DNA from: Flectonema sp. DT1601
Taxonomy: Eukaryota
Direction: 5' to 3'
DNA: 64,000 bases
Assembly (NCBI GenBank): GCA_964019425.1
Contig: OZ025781.1
Location: 620,001-684,000 of the forward strand
The notes under the pieces: model-generated
What the model saw: the letters and a program-made list of their open reading frames with translations, nothing else
What the model was told of the DNA's origin: nothing
Database searches by the model: none
Position numbers and translations under genes: made by a program
Shown here: positions 11,133 through 22,996 of the stretch, piece after piece
Numbering within the stretch: the first letter of the stretch is position 1
How the letters are laid out: every line of letters begins with the position of its first letter

Positions 11133-11156
11133 CCTTGATTTATTTATCCAAGTCCC
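11133..11156 (+). repeat. Dispersed repeat A (second copy 40132-40155)
   Basis: Identical 24-mer ccttgatttatttatccaagtccc at both sites. Confidence 0.7.
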
Positions 11157-11299
11157 CCCTTTCTTTAATTTACAGCTGTTTTTCACTGTTGCGGCAGCAT
11201 AGGCAAGAGGTGCTCAACTACGTTCACGTTGCCTCTACCAAAGAAATCAGGCAAATGTTTCGATGCCTTCTGTTTCATGGCGACAGTAATGTTATTGTT

Positions 11300-11357
11300 G
11301 TACCGACGTAGTCGGAGAACTGCGTTCAACGAAATATAAGGCTAATCTGAATGGTTT
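11300..11357 (+). repeat. Dispersed hairpin repeat family B, internally deleted copy
   Basis: gtaccgacgtagtcggagaa...caacgaaatataaggctaatctgaatggttt matches both ends of the 39069 copy. Confidence 0.8.
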
Positions 11358-12757
11358 TTGTTTTTTTATTTTTGTGCAAAGACCTGCAGTAGTTCTTCCA
11401 GGATTGATCTTTGCGTATCGTATTAATCCCCCTTTTCCATGTTCTAAGGTAGTAGTAGTAGAGGGTTGTTTTGGTGTGTTTTTTATCTACAGAAAGGGGG
11501 AAAAAAAAGAAGAAAAAAGAAAAGAAAAAAAAAAGTCAAGGCTACCCATCCTATCAGAATGTTTCTTTTTAGGTGTTTTGTGTTGTTACTGCTTTTGTAG
11601 TTGTCGTGTGTTAGATGGTACGGCCAACGATACGAGAATTCAAATCCTTTTTTCAATGGCTATTTGTGATGGCTGAAGCGATTTTTCCTCTTCTTTTCCT
11701 CCTTTAGAGATTCTTTCTTTTATTTGATCGGTGAGAGAGACCTGCTTCGAAAAATCACAGACAAGTTTTATCAATACGGTTGTCTTTGACTCGATGGTAA
11801 CAAATTACAATATATTTTTTTCCTCTTCTTTTCATTCATTGCCTTGCCAGTACGAGGTCTGATGATGTCAACGTCAACTACAGTTATGTTTTTTAAATCC
11901 TTCGGTGGTCGTCAATAGTTTTTTTTGTTGACTGAAGCGATATATTTTTTTTGTTTCCGTTTTATGTCAAGTTGGTTAAGTGATAGAGACCTCCTTCGCT
12001 ATTAGTATTCTCATGAGAGAGAGATCAGCGCGTTTTTTTTTTTTTTTTTTTTGACTGACTTTGATGTGGTAAATTAAATTACAACAATTTGTTCCCATTC
12101 TTCTTCTTTATTTTGTTCATATAATAGTATTATTAATTTTGATGTTTTTCCTTCTCTGAGACTGGTTTTTTACGAGATTGATGTCGATTCCTTGTTGTTG
12201 TTGTTGTTGTTGTTTTTTTTTTTTTTTTTTTCAATTTAGAAAAAAAAAAAAAAAAAAAAACATAAAAACAACTAATTTGAAGTGTACTTTTGTTGCTTTC
12301 CTCCTACTTTCGCTTTCCTCCTATTTTTTTCCCTATTTATCTCCACAAAGTAATTGCTATAGAGTAAAAAGAGAGTACCGTCATCGTGTTCTTCTGCACG
12401 TAAAATAAATTTCGTTGCAATGAATTGTTTTCCGCAATTCACACGAATATTCGATCAATTTTTTTTTTTTTTTTGTTGTTTTATTACAGTTTCCCCTCTG
12501 TTTCTCTTTTTTATCGTATTTCTTGGTATGGTTTTTTTTTTCCATTTTTTTTTTTTTTTTTCTTTTTTTTTTTCTTCCTTTTCAAGTAGTTTGCAGCTTT
12601 GCAATCTACTAGCGATTGACGGGAAAAAAAAAAAAAAAATAATAATGATAATGATAAAAAAATAAAAAAAATACCTATATTAACGGAGTACTGAATGAGT
12701 CGAGGGAAGCATTCTCTACAACGAGAATGGCTGAATAAATGAAAGCCACTGTCTTTA

Positions 12758-12790
<33 letters not shown>

Positions 12791-12866
12791 GCGAAAACTA
12801 TATTACTGTATATATTTCGAAGCACGTTCCTTCCCTTTTATGATTGATAAAAGTAATTAAATAGTT

Positions 12867-12981
12867 GAAACATACACTCTGCCGTATTACATTATAACTC
12901 TGAGTTTGGTTTCTCAGGGCTCACGATTAATTCGACAATGGCAATAACTCGATTCTGTACTGCACTGAATGACAGAACGGA
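12867..12981 (+). repeat. Dispersed structured repeat family C, copy 1
   Basis: gaaac(a/c)tacactctgccgtattacattata...cagggctcacgattaattcg...aataactcgattc(t/c)gtactgcactgaatgaca..acgga shared with 39729-39840. Confidence 0.8.
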
Positions 12982-14467
12982 AAAAAAAAAAAAAAAAAAA
13001 CATTTTTATTATAATGTTTATCACGTGTAAGCAGTGTTTTTATTTTAGACTAAAACATTACCTTTTTTGGTTATCTCTGATGCAAATATATTCAAACCTC
13101 CTCCTTAGAGATTGATGTTTCTTTTTGAGCTTTTCGATTATACAGAACTTCTCTGCTTTCCTTATCTGGTGATGATAGTTTTTTTTTTCTCCTAAGTTTC
13201 TATTCTCTTTGAAGTCATCTATGCTAACTAACTGACTTATTTCTAACTTAACTCACGACGGCTAAATTCCTTGACCATGGCTTAATTGCCAACGGCACCA
13301 CCCGAGAAATTTAAATTTCGTTTTTTTTTTTTAATACTATTGTAAAAAAAAAGAGAAACTTTTAACTTCTTGCGCCATCTTTTAAAAATTTCGCTTTTTT
13401 TTTACGTTCTTATCCTTGTGTGAGATAGAGAAAAATAAAATAAAAAAAATAATCAAACCTGTTTATTTAAGAGGTTGCGATTCTTTTTATTTTTAGTCAC
13501 ATGCACAGTTGAATGGTGAGGCAAGAACAAAAGAAGGATGCAGCTATGGTGCTTCAGACCTTCACTTGCTTGTTTTCGCTTTTTTTTCTCCCCTTTCTCC
13601 CCTTTCTATGGTTCACTTGTGTTTTTATTAAGGGGTGTTATTATCCTAGACTGGACCAATACAAAGACAGGTATATTTTGTTTTATATTTTATTACAATA
13701 GCGGGTTGCGAAAGTTAGGGTAAAAAGTTGGACGCAGTAAAAATTCGGGTTATAATTTCCCTTTTTTGTTTTGCTTAGGCTCTAATGCGCGTTGTCTATT
13801 GGATCAATGCTTGCTGGCTTTGGACGCTTTTCTTTCTCTTTTGTATTGACATTGTCGCCCCCCTGTCTTGAGGATTTTAAACCGTATTGGTATTGGTTTC
13901 CATTCAGACAAGTTATAATTTATTATGTATACGAGTACGTTATGAACAGTACCATAAACAAGAAGTTCTCAACTATGTACCAGTTCTTTTGGTTTTCCTT
14001 TCAGTGTGTGAGACTTTAGGGGAAAAACAAAAACACAAAAAAAAAAGTCATCAACTCTAGCTAATTATTACAGTCAGATGTCTGCCTATTGAGGAAAAAA
14101 ATAAAAAAATAAAATAAAATAAAATAAAGATGGAAATGGGCAAATATTATATACATTGATGTGATGAGGGAAAAACAAACGAAAGAAAGAAAACGAAAAA
14201 AAAAAAAAAAAAAATTATGTTCTTTTTGTGATATCCGCTTCAATATGTTAATTGTTTGAGATAGCAACGCTCAATAATAATAAATAAAAAAAAAATTATA
14301 TTTTTTTTCGATGTTATTTCTTATTTATTTAAACAAGTCTTTACCACACAGTACAAATACAAATAATGCCTCCATTCGGCGTTCGGTTTGTTAGTAGCAA
14401 CAGTTTGAAAATCTCATATATTAATGTAAATTAACTTCTTCTCTTTTCTCAACAGTTATAGATTTCA

Positions 14468-17400
14468 ATGGATATAGAAACACTCGCAACCGTATCAACT
14501 TGTTATGACTCTGATAGAGAAGACGAATCAAGAATCCAACCTGTAATAAAAGTAAAACCTCTACAAGCTAGTTTCTTATCGAAGACTCTAGCTGGATGGG
14601 TCAATCCAATTATTTGGAAGGGAGTTACTTTTTGTAAAGGTAAGGATGTTCAGACCATCACTGAAGCCGATATACCAGGAGTGGCAACTGAACTGAAGGC
14701 GAAACATCTGTCAAAGAAGATCGAACAGTCATGGGAAGAAGAACAAACAAGAGAAAACCCTTCCCTACGCAGAGTAGTTCTCAAATCACAAAAAACTCTT
14801 TTGATGATATGGTTCGTGTGGTCTGCTATTTATGGTTTAAGTGGAGCTGTCGTCAGACCTCTGTTACTAAAGTTTTTAATCGAAGCAGCAACTGATGACG
14901 AAGATTCCAATGCTGGATTATACCTGGGACTCCTCGCAGTGGAACTTATATTCGAAGGTATCTCAATGGCTAACAGTAGACAGCTATTTTCAGGAGATGT
15001 CGCTTCTTCAATCAGTTCTTCTTTGATGTGTTTAATTCAAAAGAAATCACTTCGAATTCCACCAGAAGCAAACTCAACAGAACGAGCTCTAGTTGGAAAC
15101 GACATTGTAAGATCATTTGAAAATGCTAAGATGCTTTCACAGGGAGTAGCATCAATCTTTTCTGTCGTTGGAGGATCGACTGTTATCATCTGGACAGTTG
15201 GTCTTCCAGGACTCGCTGGTGTTGGTTTCCTCATTCTGACATTGTTAGTAAATCAGTTCTTATCAACAAAGACTGAAGTTGCTGAAGAAAAAACTCTTGA
15301 AAAAAGTGATCTCCGTATCAACATGACTACCAAAGCCGTTGAAGGAATCAAAGCAATTAAATTATCAGCCTGGGAGACACCTTTCCTAACAGCTATTCAG
15401 AAATTTCGTCGTGAAGAGTGCTCTGAAATTACTGTTTTCAGATTCTTTTTATCAGCTCAGATTCAATTAGGACGTGCTTGTCCAGTTCTTGCTTCTTGTA
15501 TTACCTTTTCTGTTCTATCCGCTACGGATGGTAATTTAAAAGCATCGGAAGTTTTTGCCGTATTTTCGGTATTTTTAAGCATCAGGTTATCACTTATTCT
15601 AATGCCACAATGTATGACTATTGCTTCCTCAACTACCGTGTCCCTCAACAGAATTCAGGCATACCTCTCCCAACCAGATTGCGTTGGAACTGTTCTTATA
15701 GAACCCGGTAGTACAGACAGACTAAAACTTGATGGTACTTTTGGTTACGAAGGTTGTAAAATTTCTTCAAAAATATCAATTCCATCAGGGAAAACAGTTG
15801 CTATTGTTGGTCCTGTCGGATGTGGAAAAACAACAATCCTTTCAGCGGCTTTAGGAGGAGTTCAGTTCTTTAAAGGAGGCTCATCAACAGTAAAGAATAT
15901 TGGATACGTCAGTCAAAAGAGTTTTATTGTATGTGGAACCATCGTTGATAACATTGTAATGGGAAGAGACTACGATGAAGTTAGACTTAGAGACGCAATC
16001 AAGAGAAGTTGTTTGATTTCTGACATCGTTGGATTCACCAACGGAAGATACACTGAAATAGGTGAACGTGGTGTAACTTTATCTGGTGGGCAGCAACAAC
16101 GTATTTGCATTGCCAGAGCATTGTACAGCGATCCTGGTTTGTTGGTTCTTGATGATCCGCTTGCTGCAGTTGATCCGTTGGTCGCAAATGCTATCTTCAA
16201 TCAAATCATGATACGAAGAACACCTGATCATTGTCCATCTATTCTAATGTCGTTAAATCAGATGCAATATTTACCACACTTTGATCATGTTATATTTATG
16301 TCACGAGATGGTCTCGTCGCAGAGGAAGGAACATTTAAAGACTTAATGAAAGATGAAAAAGATTTTTACAACATGGTAAAGGACACCGTCGGAGACTTAG
16401 ACACACTCCTAAACCCAACAACAACCATGACACAAGATGCTGAACCAGTTGAAGAAGAGAAACCAGAAACATCGACTAAGGATGATAAACTTATTCAAAA
16501 TGAAAAGAAAAAGGAAGGAACGATGTCGAGCATTGTAATGAGTCAATACTTTAAATCTATGGGAACACCTTATCTAGTAACTTGTTCTATATTACTGCTA
16601 CTGACTTACTTGACGATGGGTTTTAATGACAGATGGCTTGCCAGTTGGACTGAAGAATACAAAAAACGTGAAGACGACCCAACTCATGAAATCCCTAATT
16701 ACTTTCAGTATGGATATATTGTAGGTAGTTTATTGTTTACGGTATTCTTACTTTGTACGAGTATGGCTTTTAGTGCTGCCAGTGTCAAGAGTGCTAAAGC
16801 TCTTCACAATGACTGTATTGAGAGGGTATTTCATGCTCCATTAACATGGTTTGAAGAAACTCCTTCCGGTAGAATTTTATCAAGATTTTCAGCTGATGTC
16901 AGTAACACAGATAATCAACTTGCGACTGCACTTGATAACGTCTCTCAGCTTGCTGCTACACTGTTGGTTTTATTAGTAGTCATTTGTGTTGTTTCTCAAA
17001 TTGTTATCCCAGTCATTGTTGTTATTGTAATTGTTTATGGTTTTCAAGTCTACGCTATGGATCAATCGCTTAGAGAGGTAAAGAGAATGGGAAACAATTC
17101 CCTCAGTCCAGTCCTCAGCCGACTCGGAGAATCCGCATCCCCACAAGGAAGAGTAATCTTAAGAAGTATGGATCTCTCAAAATATATTGAAAAGATGTTC
17201 CACCGTGAAGTTGATTCAAACGTTCGTTATAATTATGCTGCGAATGCTATCATGATGTGGGGAATGCTTGCATCGTATGCTATCAGTTTTGTTATCTCAT
17301 GTTCAACTGGTGTTTTTATGTTATTCGGTCCTGGTAGTGAGGATCTGTCATCATCAGAACTCGGACTTGTAATGACATATTCTTTCTTGTTACCATATTT

Positions 17401-18289
17401 CTTTTTATTCTTCTCAATGATGTACGCAACACTAAAAGCTGTTGCTACTTCGTTAGAACGTCTTCTCGACTGTAAAAGTGATAGTGTTCCACAGGAACCA
17501 GATTGGGTGACTGACGCTGACAGTCAAGCACCTGTAGAGTGGCCTCAGAATGGTGAGATCAAGTTTGAAAACGCAACGCTGAGATACCGACCAAATCTTC
17601 CACCATCACTAAAAGACATAACACTTCAGGTTGATAAGGCTGAACGTATTGGAGTTGTTGGGAGAACTGGTGCAGGTAAATCATCACTAGTGGTGTTGTT
17701 ATTTCGTCTTCGTGAACTCTTCTCTGGAAAGATTACAATCGACGGAATTGACGTCAGTAAACTCGGTCTTCAAAAACTAAGACAAGCGATGTGTGTAATT
17801 CCACAAGAACCACTCCTCCTTGACGACACCCTCGCAAAGAACCTCGATCCATTCGATGAGCATAAGACATCAGATTTACAAGCTGCTTTAGACAAAGTCA
17901 ATCAAGGGTCATTAGATTTAAAAGCCAATGTCAAATCATTAAGTACAGGTCAGAAACAGGTAGTTACGTTAGCGAGAGCATTGTTATCGAGTGCCAGGAT
18001 TATGATTCTTGATGAGCCAACGTCGAATATTGATGCGGCTACTGATGATGTTATTCAGAGAATTATTAGAGAGGAATGGAAAGATAGAACCGTCGTAACC
18101 ATAGCTCATCGACTTCACACGATTATCGATGCCGATAAAGTTCTTGTGATGGATAAGGGAAACGTTGCTGAATATGATTCTCCTGCAAATCTCGTTAATG
18201 ACCCAAACACGATCCTATCCTCAATGGTTGACGGTCTTGGAGAAGACGCTGCCGCCAAGCTTCGAACCCGCGCTTCTCTACCATATTAG
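14468..18289 (+). CDS. ABC transporter, ABCC/MRP subfamily (TMD-NBD-TMD-NBD)
   Basis: Walker A GPVGCGKT and GRTGAGKS; LSGGQQQR signature; EIGERGVTLSGG; FEETPSGRILSRFS; IAHRL. Confidence 0.95.
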   Translation: MDIETLATVSTCYDSDREDESRIQPVIKVKPLQASFLSKTLAGWVNPIIWKGVTFCKGKDVQTITEADIPGVATELKAKHLSKKIEQSWEEEQTRENPSLRRVVLKSQKTLLMIWFVWSAIYGLSGAVVRPLLLKFLIEAATDDEDSNAGLYLGLLAVELIFEGISMANSRQLFSGDVASSISSSLMCLIQKKSLRIPPEANSTERALVGNDIVRSFENAKMLSQGVASIFSVVGGSTVIIWTVGLPGLAGVGFLILTLLVNQFLSTKTEVAEEKTLEKSDLRINMTTKAVEGIKAIKLSAWETPFLTAIQKFRREECSEITVFRFFLSAQIQLGRACPVLASCITFSVLSATDGNLKASEVFAVFSVFLSIRLSLILMPQCMTIASSTTVSLNRIQAYLSQPDCVGTVLIEPGSTDRLKLDGTFGYEGCKISSKISIPSGKTVAIVGPVGCGKTTILSAALGGVQFFKGGSSTVKNIGYVSQKSFIVCGTIVDNIVMGRDYDEVRLRDAIKRSCLISDIVGFTNGRYTEIGERGVTLSGGQQQRICIARALYSDPGLLVLDDPLAAVDPLVANAIFNQIMIRRTPDHCPSILMSLNQMQYLPHFDHVIFMSRDGLVAEEGTFKDLMKDEKDFYNMVKDTVGDLDTLLNPTTTMTQDAEPVEEEKPETSTKDDKLIQNEKKKEGTMSSIVMSQYFKSMGTPYLVTCSILLLLTYLTMGFNDRWLASWTEEYKKREDDPTHEIPNYFQYGYIVGSLLFTVFLLCTSMAFSAASVKSAKALHNDCIERVFHAPLTWFEETPSGRILSRFSADVSNTDNQLATALDNVSQLAATLLVLLVVICVVSQIVIPVIVVIVIVYGFQVYAMDQSLREVKRMGNNSLSPVLSRLGESASPQGRVILRSMDLSKYIEKMFHREVDSNVRYNYAANAIMMWGMLASYAISFVISCSTGVFMLFGPGSEDLSSSELGLVMTYSFLLPYFFLFFSMMYATLKAVATSLERLLDCKSDSVPQEPDWVTDADSQAPVEWPQNGEIKFENATLRYRPNLPPSLKDITLQVDKAERIGVVGRTGAGKSSLVVLLFRLRELFSGKITIDGIDVSKLGLQKLRQAMCVIPQEPLLLDDTLAKNLDPFDEHKTSDLQAALDKVNQGSLDLKANVKSLSTGQKQVVTLARALLSSARIMILDEPTSNIDAATDDVIQRIIREEWKDRTVVTIAHRLHTIIDADKVLVMDKGNVAEYDSPANLVNDPNTILSSMVDGLGEDAAAKLRTRASLPY

Positions 18290-18385
18290 TAGTCTGGTTT
18301 TGACTTTTCTGCAAAAAAAGGACGTTGTGATTCAAGTCAGTTTACTAATTCCTTTAGCGAGAAGTATTGATGATCAACAATATAT

Positions 18386-20485
18386 CAGTCAAAATTTTAT
18401 TTCCTTACCAAAAAACACTGTTTTCCCCCCCACTGTATTTTTGGTGAAACTATAAGATTTTCTCTCGATTTTTTTTAGATTTTATTTATTTCTTTCCGAT
18501 CTATTAAAATACGCAATTCCCGGTCTTCATACACTGGTAACTTGTGTGCTGTTTCACATTTTTCGACGATTCACCCGATTTTTTAAAATTCAGGATGAAA
18601 AGAAGTTAATCCGAAATCGGGATCGGAATCAGCGGGAAAAAATCATAAAATTCTACCCCTCGGTCGGGCTTTCGGGGGTCAGTACGTGTGTGTGGGCAGC
18701 CGCCAGCTTTTGACTGGGGATACCGGGTACTAAAATTACCTCACAGGAATATGCAACGATGCTGCCTCTGTGATGGCGGAAATGCACTACCTGTGGGGGG
18801 ACTTCCAATGGCAGTATCGACAACACTGCGGACTTATTCAGCAGATGTTAGTCTTGAGTCGCGCGTCTGCACCCCATGTTTGAAGGATATTGGGAAGAAC
18901 CGGAGTTTCGGGTGGAGTAATAAGGACCGTGACTGTGCATCATCAAACTACAACTGCACACGCCAGACAAAGAAGACACGCAGGGTAAAGTCTCTTCGCC
19001 CAATCCCCGAATGCTCACCGGATGCGGGGGAGGTACTTGGCATCCCTCACTATGCACCTTCGCAATGTATCTGTCGCACGTGCTACGCCTCCCTTCAAAA
19101 TGCATCAAGGCGCTCAAAGAGGGCTGCTGTGTCAACGCCAGTGGAGAAGAAGACGAAAATGGAGTCTCCCTCTACTCCCGATCGTATGAGTACGGAAGAG
19201 TTGCATGAATCACTCATCATGAGGATCATCTCGCTTACCTCGGAAGAAGACGTCCATCCTCGTTTGTCTCGTTGGGAAAGGGTCGCTATTGAGAAGAAGA
19301 AGCCTGCAGACGAGGATTGGATGGTACGCTATACCACCCATTATTATATTTCTGATAACCTCACACAGACGTTCCCTGCAGTCTGTAAAGCCCTGTCGCA
19401 CCTGCTGCTCAATCTGGATGGCACATTTGACGCTTATCACATCTTTAGTGATGGCGAATCACTTCAAGGCGAAATTTATGCTGGGTGGATGGCAGCAGCA
19501 AACAGGGATATTACCTCGGATTGCTTTCCAACTGGGCATGGCAAAGGCCCATGGGATTCCGAGCGTTATCAACTGAAGAAGTTTGCTCTTGACATCGCGC
19601 GCTCCGCCAAACAATACGAGATGCAAGGAGAAATAGTTGACGCAAGATCACTGTATGAAGTTGCGAGCAAGAGAATGAAACTCGCTGCTTCGACGCATGT
19701 TGTTTGCTCACGAGTGTTTAACTTCTTACCTGACCTAGTTGATATCTCCCCTCGCTACGGCAGCATGACCCTACCCGGCATCCGGAGCAACTTCTTCTCC
19801 TTCCGCTCTCTCGTGAACGGCCATCAGAATGAGATTCAGCAATACACAATGGGATATCGTGCTCTATCGTGTCTCTGTGCGCACTGCATCAGAGCAGACC
19901 ACGAGCTGTGCGAGTTACAGGGAGCCGGAGTTTTTACAGTGGCTGCATCGCGGCCTCCAGACTTGGATAGTAGCAGTAGTAGCGGTAGTTCAGGCACCAG
20001 CTTTGATGACGACGATGTCGACGACAGTTCTGATGAAACCTCCGATAGCTCATCATAATTCCAAAGAATAAGGTCAGAAAAGTAGTGTGTCAAAAGTGTC
20101 CAAAAATAGGTGTGGAAAAGTGGTTAAAAAATACTGTAGTAAGCTGACGGCTACCCCACTGTACAAGAATCAGTTTTATGATATTTTTGCTCGATTTTTT
20201 TTTTATTTAATCGGGCTGACCCCCATCTACGCGAATAAGCACTTCGATTTATTTCCAGGTGAGAGACTCATCCATGGTTGACCGAAAAGAGGAAACTGCG
20301 AAATCTCGGTTGTGAGTTTGAAGGATGCTCTTCAGATTTAGGAATTCCGATTTTTAGTCGGGCAGGATCACATGTTTCCGCGCATTTAAATGCAGCTTTG
20401 GTCGGCACATTTACTCCTCACAGCAATTTTGTGGTCCACTTTTCCGTTTTTGCCTATTTCTGATAAGGAAATAAAATTTTGACTG
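18386..20485 (+). mobile_element. 2.1-kb TIR DNA transposon, Sola-like, probably non-autonomous
   Basis: TIRs cagtcaaaattttatttccttacca (18386-18410) / tgataaggaaataaaattttgactg (20461-20485), 1 mismatch. Flanked by ATAT(AT) on both sides. GC-richer interior with a transposase-like ORF. Confidence 0.85.
18751..20058 (+). pseudogene. Decayed DDD/E transposase-like ORF with Cys-rich zinc-binding motifs
   Basis: YYISD...HIFSDG...FPTGHGKGPWD...RALSCLCAHC motifs. ATG 18751 follows a ctcacag acceptor. The HFK motif lies in another frame. Confidence 0.6.
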
Positions 20486-20855
20486 ATATATAAATAGTAA
20501 GACTTTTACTTACCAAGTAAAAGTAGACTACAGACACAGCTATTGGGTAATAACCTTGGTAGCGTTCCAGAATTTCCCTCTCTCAATTAACACCACTGCA
20601 ATGTCGTTTTTTTTTTTTTTTTTTTTTTTTCCCATTATTTTTTTTAGTTTTGCAAAATTATTAAAAATGAAAAAAAAAAAAAAAAAAACATTGAAGACAT
20701 TAAATATTTAAATAAATTGAGTACGTGGGAATTTCTCGCTCGTAAGCTCAGTTTATAATGTACATTCGGTTGTGTTTCCCTTGCTTTTAACAACTTCTTT
20801 CGGCAATCGCGTGAAGTTGTTCTTCTCGTTATGTTTTTTTTTTTGTTCTTTTTTT

Positions 20856-20978
20856 GCACTGATGAAGTCGGAGAAGAAACTATTCAGATTAAAAGACGTT
20901 TATTTATGGTCAAAAAATGTATTTTTTTCACTGTGCGTGTCTTGTGATCAACAAAATATAAGCTTATCTGAAGTAGTT
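20856..20978 (+). repeat. Family B copy
   Basis: gcactgatgaagtcggagaagaaactattcagatt...caacaaaatataagcttatctgaagtagtt. Confidence 0.75.
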
Positions 20979-22996
20979 CTTTTTTTTCTTTTTTTTTTCT
21001 TGGATCTTTTTTCTTGTCTATAATTACGGAGATTCTTGTTAACCTAAATAAGGTGAATTGTTGAATCCGTTATTTATGTGATGAAGATCTTGATTCAAAT
21101 TTTCATTTTTAAAAACCTCAAAATAATTTAATTTCCTCTCAGAAGTTTCGTGTGTTCACAAAGCTGACGTGTTCGGCTATTTTTTGGATTCCCCCACCCG
21201 TGCACACACGTTCCATCGAATCCGTTCGTTGCTTTTATTATTATTTTTTTCTTTTTAAAAAAATTTCTTATGAAAACTTTAATAAGCTCCTCCTGCCTGT
21301 TGAGAGTATTTTTACGTTGCTTGTTTGGGATAACACTTTCCACTTTTTTCTTCTTTTTTTCAAACAATTCATTTTTTTTAAAAGTAACCCCCCCCCTGAA
21401 GTCGGTATGAACTATAAATTGGCGGTTGCGATCAGCACCCCGAATATAGTTGCTCTGACACACTCAAATAGTTACATGTTTTCAAGGTAATCACGCCATG
21501 TTCATGGTGTCTAATTATTGTGATTAACTCTTGGTTGGTTCTGTCCGTATTCTTCCTCTCTGGTTGTCCTTTCTTCAGTCACTGTTTTAATCAAAAAAAA
21601 AAAAAAAAAAAAAAAAAAAAGAATTACAACTCTGTTCATCATAATCTCGTTTTCGTTCTTTTTTTTTTTTTTCTCCCCCCACTCTCCCTCTTATTGTTTT
21701 CAATTTTTGGGTATTCTGTTATCGAACACTTGGCGTGTTTTTTTTCTTCTTCCCTTTTATTTCTCCCCTTCTTGTCTGATAAAGGTATTTCACTAAGAAA
21801 GCCTTACAGTAGAATCTTGTTTCTTTCGACTATTTGCTTCGGAATCTCTTCAGTACGTCTTAGTGTTACTACTTTATTTCCAGTTGCAAATGTCGTGAAC
21901 ACTTTTCGCTGTCAACAATTTTTTTTTCCCCCTCGAGTTATTCTTTCGAAGATTGTCGATATTTTAACTTTACTGGGTGTTGGAATAGTCTGAGGAAAGT
22001 TTTTTTTTTTTTTTTTTTTTTAATTTTAGCTCCCCAAAAAAAAAAACCAACCATTATTTTGTCCTACGATCTTATTAATTTGATTTTATTATTCATCTGA
22101 TAGCCTCGTTAATAAAGCTAGTAATCATTAACCTAGGTCACTGCTGTTCTCTTGCTCGATTGTTCGACAGAGCACCCTTCAAAAAGAAGGTGTTTGCCGT
22201 GGTAGCAGTTACAGATTATTTTCCCTTGTTTTTTTTCTTTTTTTTTTTTTAAGCGTACTATTTTCGCGAAGGGTCTCAAACTGCTAATTTGATATTAGAC
22301 GACAGGTTTGCCTTCTCAGTAGTGCATAAAGGTATTTTTTTTCTTTTCCTTTTCTTTCTTTCTTCTTTTTTCCAAAATTGCAGGAAAAGTACGTTTACTT
22401 TTTGCTTAATCAGCCCTTCACGATTCATGCTGCTCATATGATAAACATTAAATCCCCTTTAACGAGGCAAAAAGGAAAAAAAAAAAAAAAAAAAACATAA
22501 AATACCGATTATGTTGTTGTACCTAATAAATGTTAGTCGTTAAAAAAAAAAAAATAAAAAAAAAAAATAAGAAAAAGAAAAAGTCCAAATCTTCGTAAAA
22601 TGAAACAAAAAAAACTTCGTTTGCACGAGATTTCGTAATTCTTTTCTTCTTTTTCATTTTTTTTTTTTTCCCCCTTTTCTCTTCTATTCTTCTGTATTGC
22701 AAAAGGATACGAAGAAAATCAGAAAAACCTTTGACCGCAGTCATCCATTAAGTGACCATTCTTACGATAACTAAACTCATATACAAACTAACTCTTGTGT
22801 CTCGGGTAGAATTCACGGTAGGATAATAATGTCAGTTAACTACTACGGCTACTAACTTTTGTACGGATTAATAGCTCTCACCCTGTTGGTCACATCTGAG
22901 CAGTGTTGGGATGCAAAGGAATGGTTTTTTTTCTGCGGTAATAGCATCTCATTATACTTTTTTTATGACACAGGACAAAAAAAAAAAAAAAAAAAC

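Noticed and set aside
10774..14267. Many short poly-Lys/poly-Phe ORFs in spacers (also 20.6-22.7, 36.5-40.8, 54-56 kb)
   Set aside because: Produced by poly-A/poly-T tracts; no protein-like signal.
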